In this document: in pieces, positions 51,661 to 63,289 of the stretch
Position numbering within the stretch: position 1 is the first letter of the stretch
Layout of the letters: each line of letters starts with the position of its first letter
DNA from: Diadema antillarum
Lineage: Eukaryota
NCBI RefSeq assembly: GCF_040938485.1
Contig: NW_027270922.1
Location: 2,418,001-2,482,000, forward strand
Reading direction: 5' to 3'
DNA length: 64,000 nt
The notes under the pieces: model-generated
The model's input: only the letters and a program-made list of their open reading frames with translations
What the model was told of the DNA's origin: nothing
The model's database searches: none
Program-made: the position numbers and the translations under genes

Positions 51661-52756
51661 TATAACCATTATTAGACATTACACATAGATGATATATTGT
51701 GATATTAATCACAGATCAGTGTCTTGTTTTGACAATCATTAATTTTCAATAGTTACAAGAAAAAGATCATAAAGCGCATTTACAATTAAGTTTTTCATCT
51801 GTACCATTGATAGTTGCTAGGCTTTTCTTATATCATCTTTGGTGTTATCATGATATTAATGGTAATAGTTCTATTTTGCTGGTTGGAGTGCATTAATAAC
51901 ATAATTCATTAAATGTTTACAGACATTTTCACAGCACTGGACTGGATTCTGCGAGTACTTTCTTTCCAAGATCTTTGTACTGTGACTCATTTTGTATCGA
52001 TCTTTTCCATTTTTCGTTGCTTTTAGGTATCTAAGATTTATGTCGTATAACCCTGAATCAGTCATTCAAATTTCTTGATATCTTTGTAATCAGTCCTTGA
52101 ACCACAATACAGAATTTGTATGAGGTTACATCAATTATACACATACTCTAAAGGAACATTTAGACGTGTCGGGCTAAATTGTTAGACAAAAATAGAAAGT
52201 GCAAAAGCGGGTAAATAATTACTGAATAATTATGGATACCTAAGGTTGAAAATGTCTGTTACAAAAGAAAACGAAAAAAAAATCACAAAATCACAAAAGA
52301 GAGTAGCACAAAGTGGTTCATAATGAGAGGATGATAACAAAAAAGTAATTTGTCAAAGATTTCAAAATGTTCCAACTTTAATATGTTATGAGTTAATATT
52401 CAACATGTGCAAGTAATAACGCTCATTTTAAGACTTCCATGTCACCATGTATATTGACGTTTAATCCACCTTTAATACCATCAACATAGTTATTGTTGAC
52501 CCTTCGTACCATTCAAAAGGGCTAAACATCCAGATCCAGGATGTATAATAATTGTATTTAAAAAAAAAACTGTACAAAAGATAATATCGAAGATGATTTC
52601 CCCCTGGTCAAATGCAGTTGGTAATACAAAAGTCAATGGGGAAGATTCCTTACAATGAAGTCACTGTTATGCAGTCAATTATTATAATGCCCTCTTGTGC
52701 TAAGAAACGGGACAGTCATGAGGATTGTTTTAAGGCAGCTCCAAGCAGACGTTTAA

Positions 52757-53140
52757 AGGGATAAGTACAGTATTGGTGGAGATGAGAATTGGGCTTTCAA
52801 CTTTTTGCAAGATACCAAGAAAACACTTATGATATAGTACAGAGCATACCATTTTAAGAGGAATTCAAAGTTTATTTGATGGAAATCGGGTTTGGAATGA
52901 CTGAAACATCCAAAAACAAAGTAAAACAAAGCAATTGTAATGAAGTGTGGGTCCTACACTTTATTAGAATCGCTCTTTTTTGGATATCTCAGCCATTTCA
53001 AAACCAATTTTCATCAAATAAACGTTGAATTAATCATAGAATTACATGCTCTTTCATATTTCATAAGAAGTTTCGCATTATTTCACCAAAAAAATGTTAG
53101 AAACCTGAAATTAGGTCTGAACCAAAACTGTATGATCCCC
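52757..53140. mobile_element. TTAA-flanked MITE (Kolobok-like)
   Basis: TTAA|AGGGATAAGTACAGTATTGG...CCAAAACTGTATGATCCCC|TTAA. Confidence 0.7.
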
Positions 53141-53144
53141 TTAA

Positions 53145-55961
53145 GGTCCTGTCACACCTTTCAGCGTCAGGGTGTAAGCCATGCGTATGACTTGTCGTAG
53201 GCATTTTATTTTTGCTTTCCGGAGGTTCTCGCAGATGGCCCGCACATGACAGTGCCTAGTACGTATCTTTTTCAATTCAATTTATTTTCATATTTCTCAA
53301 TGGAGGAATGTACATCAAATATAATAAAAACATAGTGAATCATAATATCCGGCTTGGATGCACAGTAAGTTAATGTAAACATATAAAACATAGCGGTCAA
53401 TCATCGTACGTTTGCTCTATGTATAACGCTAAAGAAATATGATGGAACCTACTTAAAAGCGAGCTTGTTAAGCGTAGGTCCCAAATTCTGAATAGAGTGC
53501 AAGATACATATGAGGAGCACGGATGCAACGTAGGACCAAAATAAATAAAAACAAAAATGAAAGGCAAAATACCCGGGGCAATAACAGAATCTTCTCGATA
53601 CAAAATAGTGATATACAGACAACCACATTCTGCAGACGTAAGAACAGTTGATTTAGCAATGTTCACAATAGTGTAATAATACGATTTGAATAATGCTGAA
53701 AAAAAAAACAACTCGACATGCGAGTCCTCGGAAGAGATACGGGAAGCCTAAAGAGTGAACATACAAGTACTAACATTCAAAGAAAAATTAGAATTAGAAT
53801 TAGAATTACCAGCCATAGTGTGCACGCAAGTCCTATTTCTCCTCAGTCAAGTTTAAAGGCAGTGCCACACCTTTCCGGGCACGCCTTGCGTGCGACTTGC
53901 GAAGAACAATTTTGACTACCCGGAGGTCCCCGCAGATGACCCGCACATGACAGTACCTAGCACGTATCTCACCCGTAGTCGCCCGGAGGTGCGCACGTCA
54001 ATCTTTTTACTCGCAAACATGTTTAGGCCCTGTCACATCTTTCCGGGCAAGCTACGTGGGATTGTTGCGTGTAGGAATTTTCCAGCATACCAGACAATTT
54101 TCCGAGGGCGGACAAGGATTTGGGCGAGTCAGTGCATGTGTCTTAGTTGCTAGACGCGTTCTACTTAAATTCTATACTTGCGGGTATACTGTGTGACCTG
54201 TGTTCCAGGCACGTGGGGGCTGACAACTCAGTGATGGAATTCCTCTGAAGGAATGGCATAAGTCTGACAAAATGTCATTATTTTGACTGCATATATGGGG
54301 ACTGCGAAGTACCTGCGTGGGAGTTGCCTGCGAGATGCCTCCGCTCAGGGCCTCCTACTGGCGTTTTGAGTGGACCTCTCCGGGCATCCCCGCGACTCAC
54401 CCGGAAAAAGTTTTGGTCATGCTCAAAACTTGGCTGAGGTTAAATCGGACTTCGTTCGCACATCCGGGCAACTACAGGCGAGATATGCGCTAGATACTGT
54501 CAGGTGCGGACCAACTGCGGAGAGCTCCAGGTAGCAAATTTGTTTCCTCGCAAGTCAAGCCGCAAAACTTCCCCAGATACGGTATGATAAGGCCTTGAGT
54601 ATGCTCAAAACTTGTTCCGAGTGAGTCGTGGGGGTACGCTCGCAGAGGTTAACGCAGAACACCAGTAGGAGACCCATACCGGCATCATCTCTCAGGCAAC
54701 TCCAACGCAAGTACTTCTCAGTACCTGTAAGTCGCTCGTAACAGAAAACGGATCGGTCTCAAAGCTCTCACGTAAGTCATTACCTACTTACCTTCTACTT
54801 GCGTGTATCCCAGTTGACCTGCGTGAGAGCTTCGAAGCCGATCCATTTTCAGTTCCGAGTGACATACGGGCACTGCGAAGTACCTGCGTTACAGCTGCGT
54901 GGTAACTGCGTGGGTGTTGCCTGAGAGGTGCTGCCGCCAAGGGCCTCTTACTCGTGTTCTACGTTGACCTCTGCGGGCAAACCCCCGCTACTCATCTTTA
55001 ACAAGTTTTGAGCGTGCTTAAGGCCTTGTCACATCGTGTCTGGGGAAGCCTTGTGTGTTGACTTGCGGAAAACAACATTATTTTGCTACCCCGAGCTCCC
55101 CGCAGATGGCCTGCACCTAACAGTACCTAGCACGTATCTTGCCCTTCGTTGTCTGAGATGTCATGCTCAAAACTTGTTCCTGGTGAGTCGCGCGTATTGC
55201 CTTGCAAAGGTCCACGCAGAACACCAGTATGAGACCCGTACTTGCCGCAGGTCACAGGCAGTCAATCCGCTTGAAATACGTAAGTTGCCCGTGGGTTTAT
55301 GCCTACGCGCCAGACACACACGTCATCTGCCGGCATTCTTCGAGCATAATAAGGGTGTTTTACTGGCAAGGAATGGTGTCGATACTGTTAACATCCGTGA
55401 AGCTGGTGTGGAGCCAGCTATGCGAGCAAATTGCGTGGACGCTGAGGGTCAGTTATATACTGCCTTTCTGCTGGTTTACTTGAGAGTCGGCTGCTACCAA
55501 GATAATGACATTCTGTGCTACCTCTGGCATATTATATTCCTTCAGAGGGATTCCTTCAGCGAGTTGTCAGCCCTCACTCCATACTCATCCGCCTGACACG
55601 CAGGTCACACGGAATACATTAAGTACATAGATTGTAAGTAGCACTGGTCCAACAGGTAAGGTGCATGCGAAACGCCCCCAGATCCTTGCCCGCCCGCCCG
55701 CAAAAAAAATAAATAAATGAATAAAAATTGTCCATCATGGTGGAAAATCCCCACATAACAAGCCCGTGTAGCTTGCCCGGAAAGGTGTGACAGCTAGGGC
55801 CTAAACTTGGCTGCAGGTAAATGGGACTTGCTTGCTCAACTCAGGGCAACTACAGGCGAGATACGTGGAAGGTACTGTCATGTGCGGGCCATCTGCGGGG
55901 ACATTCGGATGGCAAACATTGTTCTTCGCAAGGCTTGCACCGGAAAGGTGTGACAGAGCCC
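53145..55961. mobile_element. Cluster of nested PIF/Harbinger-like MITEs (TIR GGCCCTGTCACACCTTTCCGG-like)
   Basis: TIR-like starts at ~53145, 53858, 54026, 55021; reverse-complement ends at 55801 and 55961. Arms 53858-54000 and 55835-55961 are inverted copies. Confidence 0.75.
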
Positions 55962-56109
55962 ACCAATCTCGAAGTCATATAAATCGTGGTCATGCATGGT
56001 TTTGATAGTTACGTGACAAAACTTTATACAACCAAGAGGAACACAATGGGTTAGACAGCCCGACACCACATTTATTGGCTTGTTGCGTATCAGCAGGGTA
56101 ACCCCTGAG

Positions 56110-56300
56110 GACAATTATCCCCCCCCCCCTCCCCGGCTAAATACGGGTTAGTGATAAGGTCAGAGCAAAGATTAGGGTTAGGGTTAGATTAAGGGTTAGA
56201 GTTTGGGTTACGGTTAGGATTAAGTTCAGGACTGGGATAAGGGTTTAGTGTCAGGGGAAGGGTCTGGGGTATATTTAATTGCCAAGGGGGTAATTGCCCT
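56110..56300. repeat. TTAGGG-like degenerate repeat, probable MITE core
   Basis: attagggttagggttagattaagggttagagtttgggttacggttagg; resembles the core of the intronic MITEs. Confidence 0.5.
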
Positions 56301-56549
56301 AAACACGCTTGTTGATGTGAGCAGTTGATATCCCCGAAAGCAACATGCACCGCGTGCAAGCTCAATTTCAAGGGAATAATGCACATTAGTTTAGAGACAG
56401 TGCAGTATAAGTTACACTCTGGAAATCTTTCCAGAGTGTACTTTAACTAATGCAAATAACTTGCATTGGCAATATCACATTTATATCATAGAACACTCCA
56501 GTTAAAACAGTCCATTCCATTGACAAGAGGACTGACGCATTCAGAAAGA

Positions 56550-56877
56550 AGGTCTTGTAATATAACCTTGAAGTTCATACATTCATTTCTTAATGTCGGA
56601 CGAAGGTCAGGTTTACAATTTAAACTGCTTTCCTAAGATTCGCAAGCCAAATATTGACTTACATACCACGCCACCGTAAGACTGGGCCACTTTACACAGT
56701 TTGTAAGATCGGTTTGTGTCAATAATATAGGGATACCACAGCAAGATATCGAACACACATTTGCATTCGAAGCGCCGAACGCATCGCCGTATTTGATCGT
56801 TCGTCCGAGGGCTGTTGACGCCAATACGTCTCAGAGGGAAAAACTAGAACATTTTGAGCGGAACACGTTGTGCACTG
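56550..56877 (+). promoter_or_regulatory. Upstream module / putative non-coding first exon of copy 7 (donor GT at 56878)
   Basis: AGGTCAGGTTTA at 56604; ends CTG|GTAAGC. Confidence 0.55.
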
Positions 56878-57383
56878 GTAAGCTTAATGATAAATGTTAT
56901 GAGATCAAGCAAAAAGCAAAGTTATGTATCGATATGACAGTTTTGCTTCGTTAGCGAAGAATATGCATCTGTGTTACAAGTCATTTATAAAAATAGAAGC
57001 TATGCATAATAACGCTTGTCTTTTAATTATCGGTAAAGCAGTGTGGTCCGTCATTGAGTAATGTGGAAGAGAAACCACATGAGTTTAAAGCTTGGTAATT
57101 TCAAGAGAGATTAGCTGGTCTACACAAAATCATTATCCAAAATAATTTGTACAGTAATTGAATAGAGACTCTTATTTTTTCTTTTCTAGGAAGGGATTAA
57201 TGTATCGTAAGTCCAGGTATTGAAAAATGTTAATCTTTTCTCTCGAATGTTAAAGAACCAATGATTATATCAACGTAACTTGTAGTTTGAATTTTGGAAT
57301 TTCTTTCACTTCATACAAAATGTTCCTCCCTCTAGAGTAAAATTTTAGACGGTCTGTTAATCACCCTTTGTAGGAGGGATAAG

Positions 57384-57676
57384 ATGGCCACTGACGCACG
57401 AACTGGGGGCGACGGACCCGCAAGAGTCATCATGTGGTGCGTTCCCCGCTCGGTGTCGACAGCAATGACAAAATGCATGAGCTTCGTTGACGGGGCGGAA
57501 GTCTGGTTGGAGCCGTACGTCATTTCCAAAGTAGCCAAGGACGTCCGTAAACTGTATCATGCTGACTCCGACCCGTTTCCTCTTGATATTGATGGCAACG
57601 AAGAGGTCTACCACGAGACAGCAAAAGATTTAAACTTGGGAGGTGACCTACAGAACTTCAAACTCGACCTGCTGTC
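57384..57676 (+). CDS. Sulfotransferase-fold copy 7, first coding exon only (98 codons, intact donor); last exon absent from the window
   Basis: MATDARTGGDGPARVIMWCVPRSVST...DLLS|GTAAG. No exon-2 homologue found in 57677-64000. Confidence 0.75.
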
Positions 57677-58199
57677 GTAAGTAATACTTTTTCCAGACGG
57701 ATCATGACTTTAATATTAATGTTCGTGATACACGTAAAACTGTCTTGTATACATAAAGACGAAACTTGGACCTTAGATACAGGAATGGGAACAAAAATAC
57801 CCTGTTACAACTTGTTCCTTCTTGACTGAACTGATGTCAATCGCCTGCAAAACCTTAAGAGCTGAAGTATGAAAACTGAACTTGAACTTGATTTTAATGT
57901 ACAATTATGCGTTGAGTACATTGCATACAATGCTCACCATTTGCCATTCCGTAGGATTGCTTTTCTTAGATCAATGCCGATGCAACGAACAGGCTATTTG
58001 TCACATAATTGCAAAATATCAATTAAAACATGCTCGATTTATAATCATTAATAAGGGGAAGGATGAGGCTGTTTCAAATGAGATATTAGTTCCATCATAG
58101 ATTGTTAGTGACAGAAACTAAAAAATAAAAATGATTGCTGGCTATATATTCCGCTAGCAAGAACCTTTTGATTAGATGAATCTTCATAGGAGAAATGAG

Positions 58200-58800
58200 A
58201 TGCATACTGTTTTTAGTTCATCAGGTAAGTTCTTCTAGAAGGTCTGCTTAAATTCTGGGCTAGAACAGTTTTTGGGTTAATGAGAGGATAGTCTTTCGAA
58301 CAGCGAATAAGATTATGATTGTATGGATGTTGAGTTTGCGCGAAATAATGTTGCAAAAGAATGAGGGCAGTAGATTTGATTTGTACTTTAAACATGAACG
58401 TGCATGGTTCTTAAACATGAATTCAATGAAGCTTTATGATGTTGCGATAAAAATGAGTTTCCTCGTGAGAAATACAATATTTAGATACATGGTGAGATAG
58501 TATTTAAGAATTTCAGAAAATAACCACTTTGTTCAGATAAAAGATCTTTTAGCTTTAACAGTACATAATTCACTATTCAAGCGATTAGCAAGAATTCCTA
58601 AATCTCAATATGAAGAAATGGCGAATGTATCGTCAGCAAGGAATTACGGATGAGAATTAGGGAAGACTTGATTATATCGTTTACGTAACTATTGAATAAT
58701 AAATAAGCTCCTTCATAGAACCTCACAATACCACACAACGTCCAGTCTGCAATACTTTGATATGAAACTGAAAAGCAAAGAATTGTTGATGCTATACTGT
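58200..58800 (-). mobile_element. Highly degenerate CR1/L2-group LINE RT remnant
   Basis: Minus-strand LLFNSYVNDII, frameshifted LADDT, and FMFK...NPKTVLA, similar to the LINE at 11400-11765. Confidence 0.55.
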
Positions 58801-59348
58801 ATTGCAAACACCCTGTCAACCAAAACGGAGCGTGAGACTTTCCTCGTACAAATCAGGTTTATGGATTATTACAAAAGTGGTATTTCGTAACCAGTCTTTC
58901 ATTTGCCTATTACGGCAAAATATTCTTTTCACCCGGCATTAGTTCACTCATGACTGGCATTTTAAAATGGAATACGGATCCTAATCAAAATTACTAATAT
59001 AATGTTATCAGTTCTATACTTTGCCTAAAGACCTAAATTTACTTTTCACTGGGCATTAATATGCTAATGTCCGGTAGTTATGACTTGTCGTATTATGTAT
59101 GGATTGCAATTGCTTTTGTACTTTATCTACTAGTATATGAAATACTATTACTGCTGAGTTAGCGAGAACAAGTATAGGTAAGAATCTTGAATGGAAATAC
59201 AGTGGCAGTGAACATAATGAAGATGAATATTGATAAGTATCGTAAAGAGCTATATGAGCATGCACAAGTGGCATGATTATGTCATAAGCTATAGACGCCA
59301 GTGCTGGCGATAAAAAAGAGAATGGGAGTATGACATTAATACTAGTAT

Positions 59349-59533
59349 ATAGATAATGACTGGCGGGGGAGGGAACATACCGAATGTTCCACCCGAAGGG
59401 TTTGAAATGCTGTTGAGGGAGGTTATAAGTCCCGAGACGAAGTCGAGGGACTTATAGCCTCCCGAAATAGCATTTTAAACCCTGAGGGTGGAACGTTTGG
59501 TACATGTTCCCGACAACAAAAGTCATCATCTGT
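59349..59533. repeat. Foldback/hairpin element
   Basis: gttccacccgaagggtttgaaatgct...gggaggttataagtccc / gggacttatagcctccc...agcattttaaaccctgagggtggaac. Confidence 0.75.
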
Positions 59534-59881
59534 TATCATATAGTTTAGTCAAATACGTCAACGTCAATCACCAAAGATCGTAGAGATTCAGTGTACGATC
59601 TTTACAACCACAGCATGCATGCAGCACAACGCACTCGATCGCTCGCTCGAGCAGAGCCAAATTCACTGTGCGCGCGCGGTCCTAGGCCTTCTGTCATTGC
59701 TACGTGAAAATTTTTCCCATGGGAGAACATTACCAAGAATGTTCGCCCATGGGAGAACATAACGAATGTAGGCGCCTACCTCCATCACGTGACTTTGTTT
59801 AGCCAATCACTAATCGGTATTTGACTAACCCATTTAATATTGCACATTGATATCCTCATTGGAGTGCTCTCAGGAACCATA

Positions 59882-60353
59882 CAGGGGCCGCGGAACGCTT
59901 TTCAGTGTGTGTGTGGGGGGGGGGGGGGGGGGGGGGGGGATTGCGGGACCGGGGGTGGAAATTATCCCCCCCAAAAAAATGATTGGGGAACTGAGAGAGG
60001 AGAGGGTTGTTTAAAAGGGGATATTCCCCTTGTACATGAGGGAACTATTGATTTTTCGGAATGTAAGTGATAAGTCTTGTGCACTCAGAATTATTCAGAA
60101 TCTTAAGGAGGGCGACCGCACCCATTGCCCCCTCCCCCTCCCCCTTTGCTGCGCCGCCGGTGCTTAGACGGGAACTTTATGTAAGGGCTGAATCTTTGGA
60201 AATTTAAATTCATGGGTGTTGTGATTTTTGCCCCGATTTTTTCCTCTTTTTTTTCTTTTTTTTTCACGAACCAAAAGTTAGTGTGTGTGTGTGGGGGGGG
60301 GGGGGAGGGGGCTGCACTCCCCCCCCCCCCCCCCCCCCGTTCCGCGGCCCCTG
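59882..60353. mobile_element. MITE with CAGGGGCCGCGGAACG TIRs and 5-bp TSD (CCATA)
   Basis: CCATA|CAGGGGCCGCGGAACG...CGTTCCGCGGCCCCTG|CCATA; perfect 16-bp TIR. Confidence 0.85.
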
Positions 60354-60999
60354 CCATATTACCAGGCCAGGAAGCCTACCTTGTACTAGCGAACGACGTA
60401 ATCACAATAAGAATAACATGCAACAGGATAAGACGGTGGACGAATAATCATTCCGTCCAGCAGTTCCACCATTGGTTGGACGTGCCTGCATTCTTCATCA
60501 TGTTTCGCCAATGTAATTCTGGCTGCCAAATTGTTGTGCATGCAGGTCTTAATTAATGCACTTGTTGGCGTTCGACCATTATTTCTATCTTCATCCTTAA
60601 TTATGAGGATCCTTCAAGAACGAGATGGGCCTGGCGCCTGGAGAGACGGAGAGGTAAGCGGTTTACCCCTGGAGGAACCGGTTGCCTATGGGTCTACTCA
60701 TATACGGAGTTGGTATTCTCTATAGGCCTGCAGTAGTTTATCATGGTCTATCATTCAAGAGAGTCTCATAATCGTCTTGATGCTAAAGTCAGATTTTAGA
60801 CCAAACCATGTTTTACCCTCCCCCAAATGTTTTTTTGATGGTCTTAGACTATTTCTAGGGTCTTAGGATACTATGGCTGCCAAACTCTGAAATTCTTATA
60901 CATAGGCCTACCGGTACATTTCCTTATACGCTCTAAGAAAAAAAAAAGTATCCCATCTTTGCACTTTTTTCAATGTCACGCTTGGAGTAAGGTTGTTTG

Positions 61000-62440
61000 T
61001 TGTCTTTTGTGTTGCAGTAACGACTGAATAAAGGAATAACATGATTTTGAATGTTACAAGTCTTACTGAATTTGTCATTTCAACAGGAAGAGAGTTCCAA
61101 ATTTTGGGTGCACGGTAAATAAACGTATTTTAGGCAAAAAAAAAACAACACCCAAACAAACACATAAACAAACAAAAAACTATGTTCACTTAAAGGGTAG
61201 ATGGTTGCAGCTAGAATGTCTTGAGGGGTATTTTTGTATTTAGTTATTAAAGGGGAAGGCTAGTAACTGTTCAGTGGGAATCAGTGCGAATGCTGGGGGA
61301 TGATTGTTCCAATTCTTGCGGGATTCATTTAAGAGTGCATTATATATCCATTGTTGTGTGAAAATTATTTGCTTCAGAACGGTCTCATATTCAAGTGATG
61401 TGCAGCTTAATACCCCGTCACTGACCAGGCATGCTAACATGGAAACATTAAACTGCCCATTACTTGAATATGAGACCATTCTGAAGCAAATGATTTTCAC
61501 ACAACAATAGATATATAATGTACTCTTGATTGAATCCCATAAGGATTGGAACAATCATCATCTCCCAGCATTTCCGCTGATTCCTACTGATCAGTTACTA
61601 GCCTTCCCCTTTAAGGACAAATGAATTACTGATGGAACATTATTGTTGTGAAGGTTGTATATGGATTAATAGTGTTGCATCTGATAAATATCAATTATTT
61701 TAACGGTTTTATTATGAATAAACAAATTATGAGTGAGTGCCTAAATAGCCATAAGATTTTGAAGAATCTTCTTCTGTGACAATAAGATCCTCTCGAGTAA
61801 TACGGAGAAATTAATGTAGAATAAAACAATAAAATTTTGCTGTTGGCAAGACATATTCAAGTTTAGCTGTTATTCCTATATAAACGAGAAATCACTTACA
61901 AATGTCATTAATACGAGCTTCTAAGGAAGTACCTGGAAAAACACCAAGACATTCAGAGAAAGTGAAAGCAACCTTTGTAAAAGGAATATCATCTAATCAT
62001 ACTGGATTGGAAAGATGTTCTGAAAGTCGTATTGGAAGTCTTTTCAAATTAATTGATAACTTGTTAGCTTTCATTCAAGCAATAACATGAAAAAGTGCGC
62101 ATTGTTTAATTTGGTAACGAGTTGAAAATGGTCGGAATAGGATTAGAATATGCTGGAATCATCAGTAAATGATAAACTGCAATATATTTGAGGATATTTG
62201 AACGTCGTTCATAATGTGGCCGAAGTGAGCTGCGTTCAGGTACACGGAAAGAGATAAATTGCTTGAAAGAAGAGAAACCGTTAACGTTTACATGATATTG
62301 CTTGTGGTTTGATAAATAATTTCTAAACCACTCTAAGGCCCTTCCTAGAATCCCATAGTGACATAATTTGTGGAGAAGTATTGCATGGTTTATGGTATTG
62401 ACGGCCTTGGAGAGACGAATACACTGAATTATCAATTTGG
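61000..62440 (-). mobile_element. Degenerate CR1/L2-group LINE fragment interrupted by a MITE
   Basis: LSKAVNTINHAILLHKLCHYGILGRALEWFRNYLSN, KANKLSINLK, and 3' FIYRAPKIWNSLP at ~61080-61130. Confidence 0.75.
61251..61610. mobile_element. Almost fully palindromic TTAA-flanked MITE (Kolobok-like)
   Basis: TTAA|AGGGGAAGGCTAGTAACT...AGTTACTAGCCTTCCCCT|TTAA. Confidence 0.85.
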
Positions 62441-63289
62441 TTAATAAATGTCAGAAGGGTATATTATGTAGTGTTGTGTTTCTGGCGAAAGATAAACTCT
62501 TTATTGCTTACAATGCTATGTTTTATATTTTTCAAGTACTTTAGACTAAGAAGTAAGTAACGATATTGGTCTCTAATTACTCACTGATTATTATCTTCTC
62601 ATTGTTATCATATTCATGACTGTGATTGTGAACAAAATATCACCACGAGCGCTCGATAGTTACATTCATTTTCGTGCTAAAAGTACTGCATTACACAGGA
62701 GACAATAAATGACGTTAAAATAAGTGTTGCTCTTTATGAATTTCTAGCCAATGATGAAAGATCTTATCATAATTTTAAGGCATATTTCATCAACATGTCA
62801 AAAGCAACTTGTCATGTTAAAGGTCAAGAAGTTCTAGCATTTTGTAGAGTACCCGCGCCTGCGGATGATAGCGCGCGTCCTGCTTGGAAGAGTCACCTAT
62901 ACAGACCACGCGGTGTTTCTTGGGTGATGCTGCTTTCGGTCCTGCAGATAGAGCGGGACGAAAACCTCCTTGGTGGATGGTCGGTGGTTGGTGAGGGCTC
63001 ACTTGAAGTCATCCCGCAGATTCTCTATCCGGTTAGCATCTGGTGATTGTACCGGGCACCTCATCCTGTTGACGCCATTTTCGTCATTACTACCGGTCTT
63101 TCTGGGCAACACTGTGCGGCGTTGCGTTATCATCCAGGAGTTGATTCGTGGGAGCCTGCAGCAATGACACTGGTATCAGTCGCGATGATATCAGTGTCAA
63201 CACCCACTGCCAAAGGAATGTGCCCTTGGATCACTTGCGTAGGAGCGATCTCGAATGCATGTACATGGTCATTCGATAAAAAACAAGGA

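Noticed and set aside
55036-55596. 186-aa ORF as a host gene or transposase
   Set aside because: Lies in GC-rich MITE arms with no catalytic or domain motif.
56170-56230. Interstitial telomere
   Set aside because: Only a few degenerate TTAGGG-like units, resembling the core of the intronic MITE family.
58085-58130. Possible remnant of copy 7 exon 2 (catag|attgttag resembling cacag|acctgttag)
   Set aside because: Similarity lasts under 15 nt with no downstream homology.
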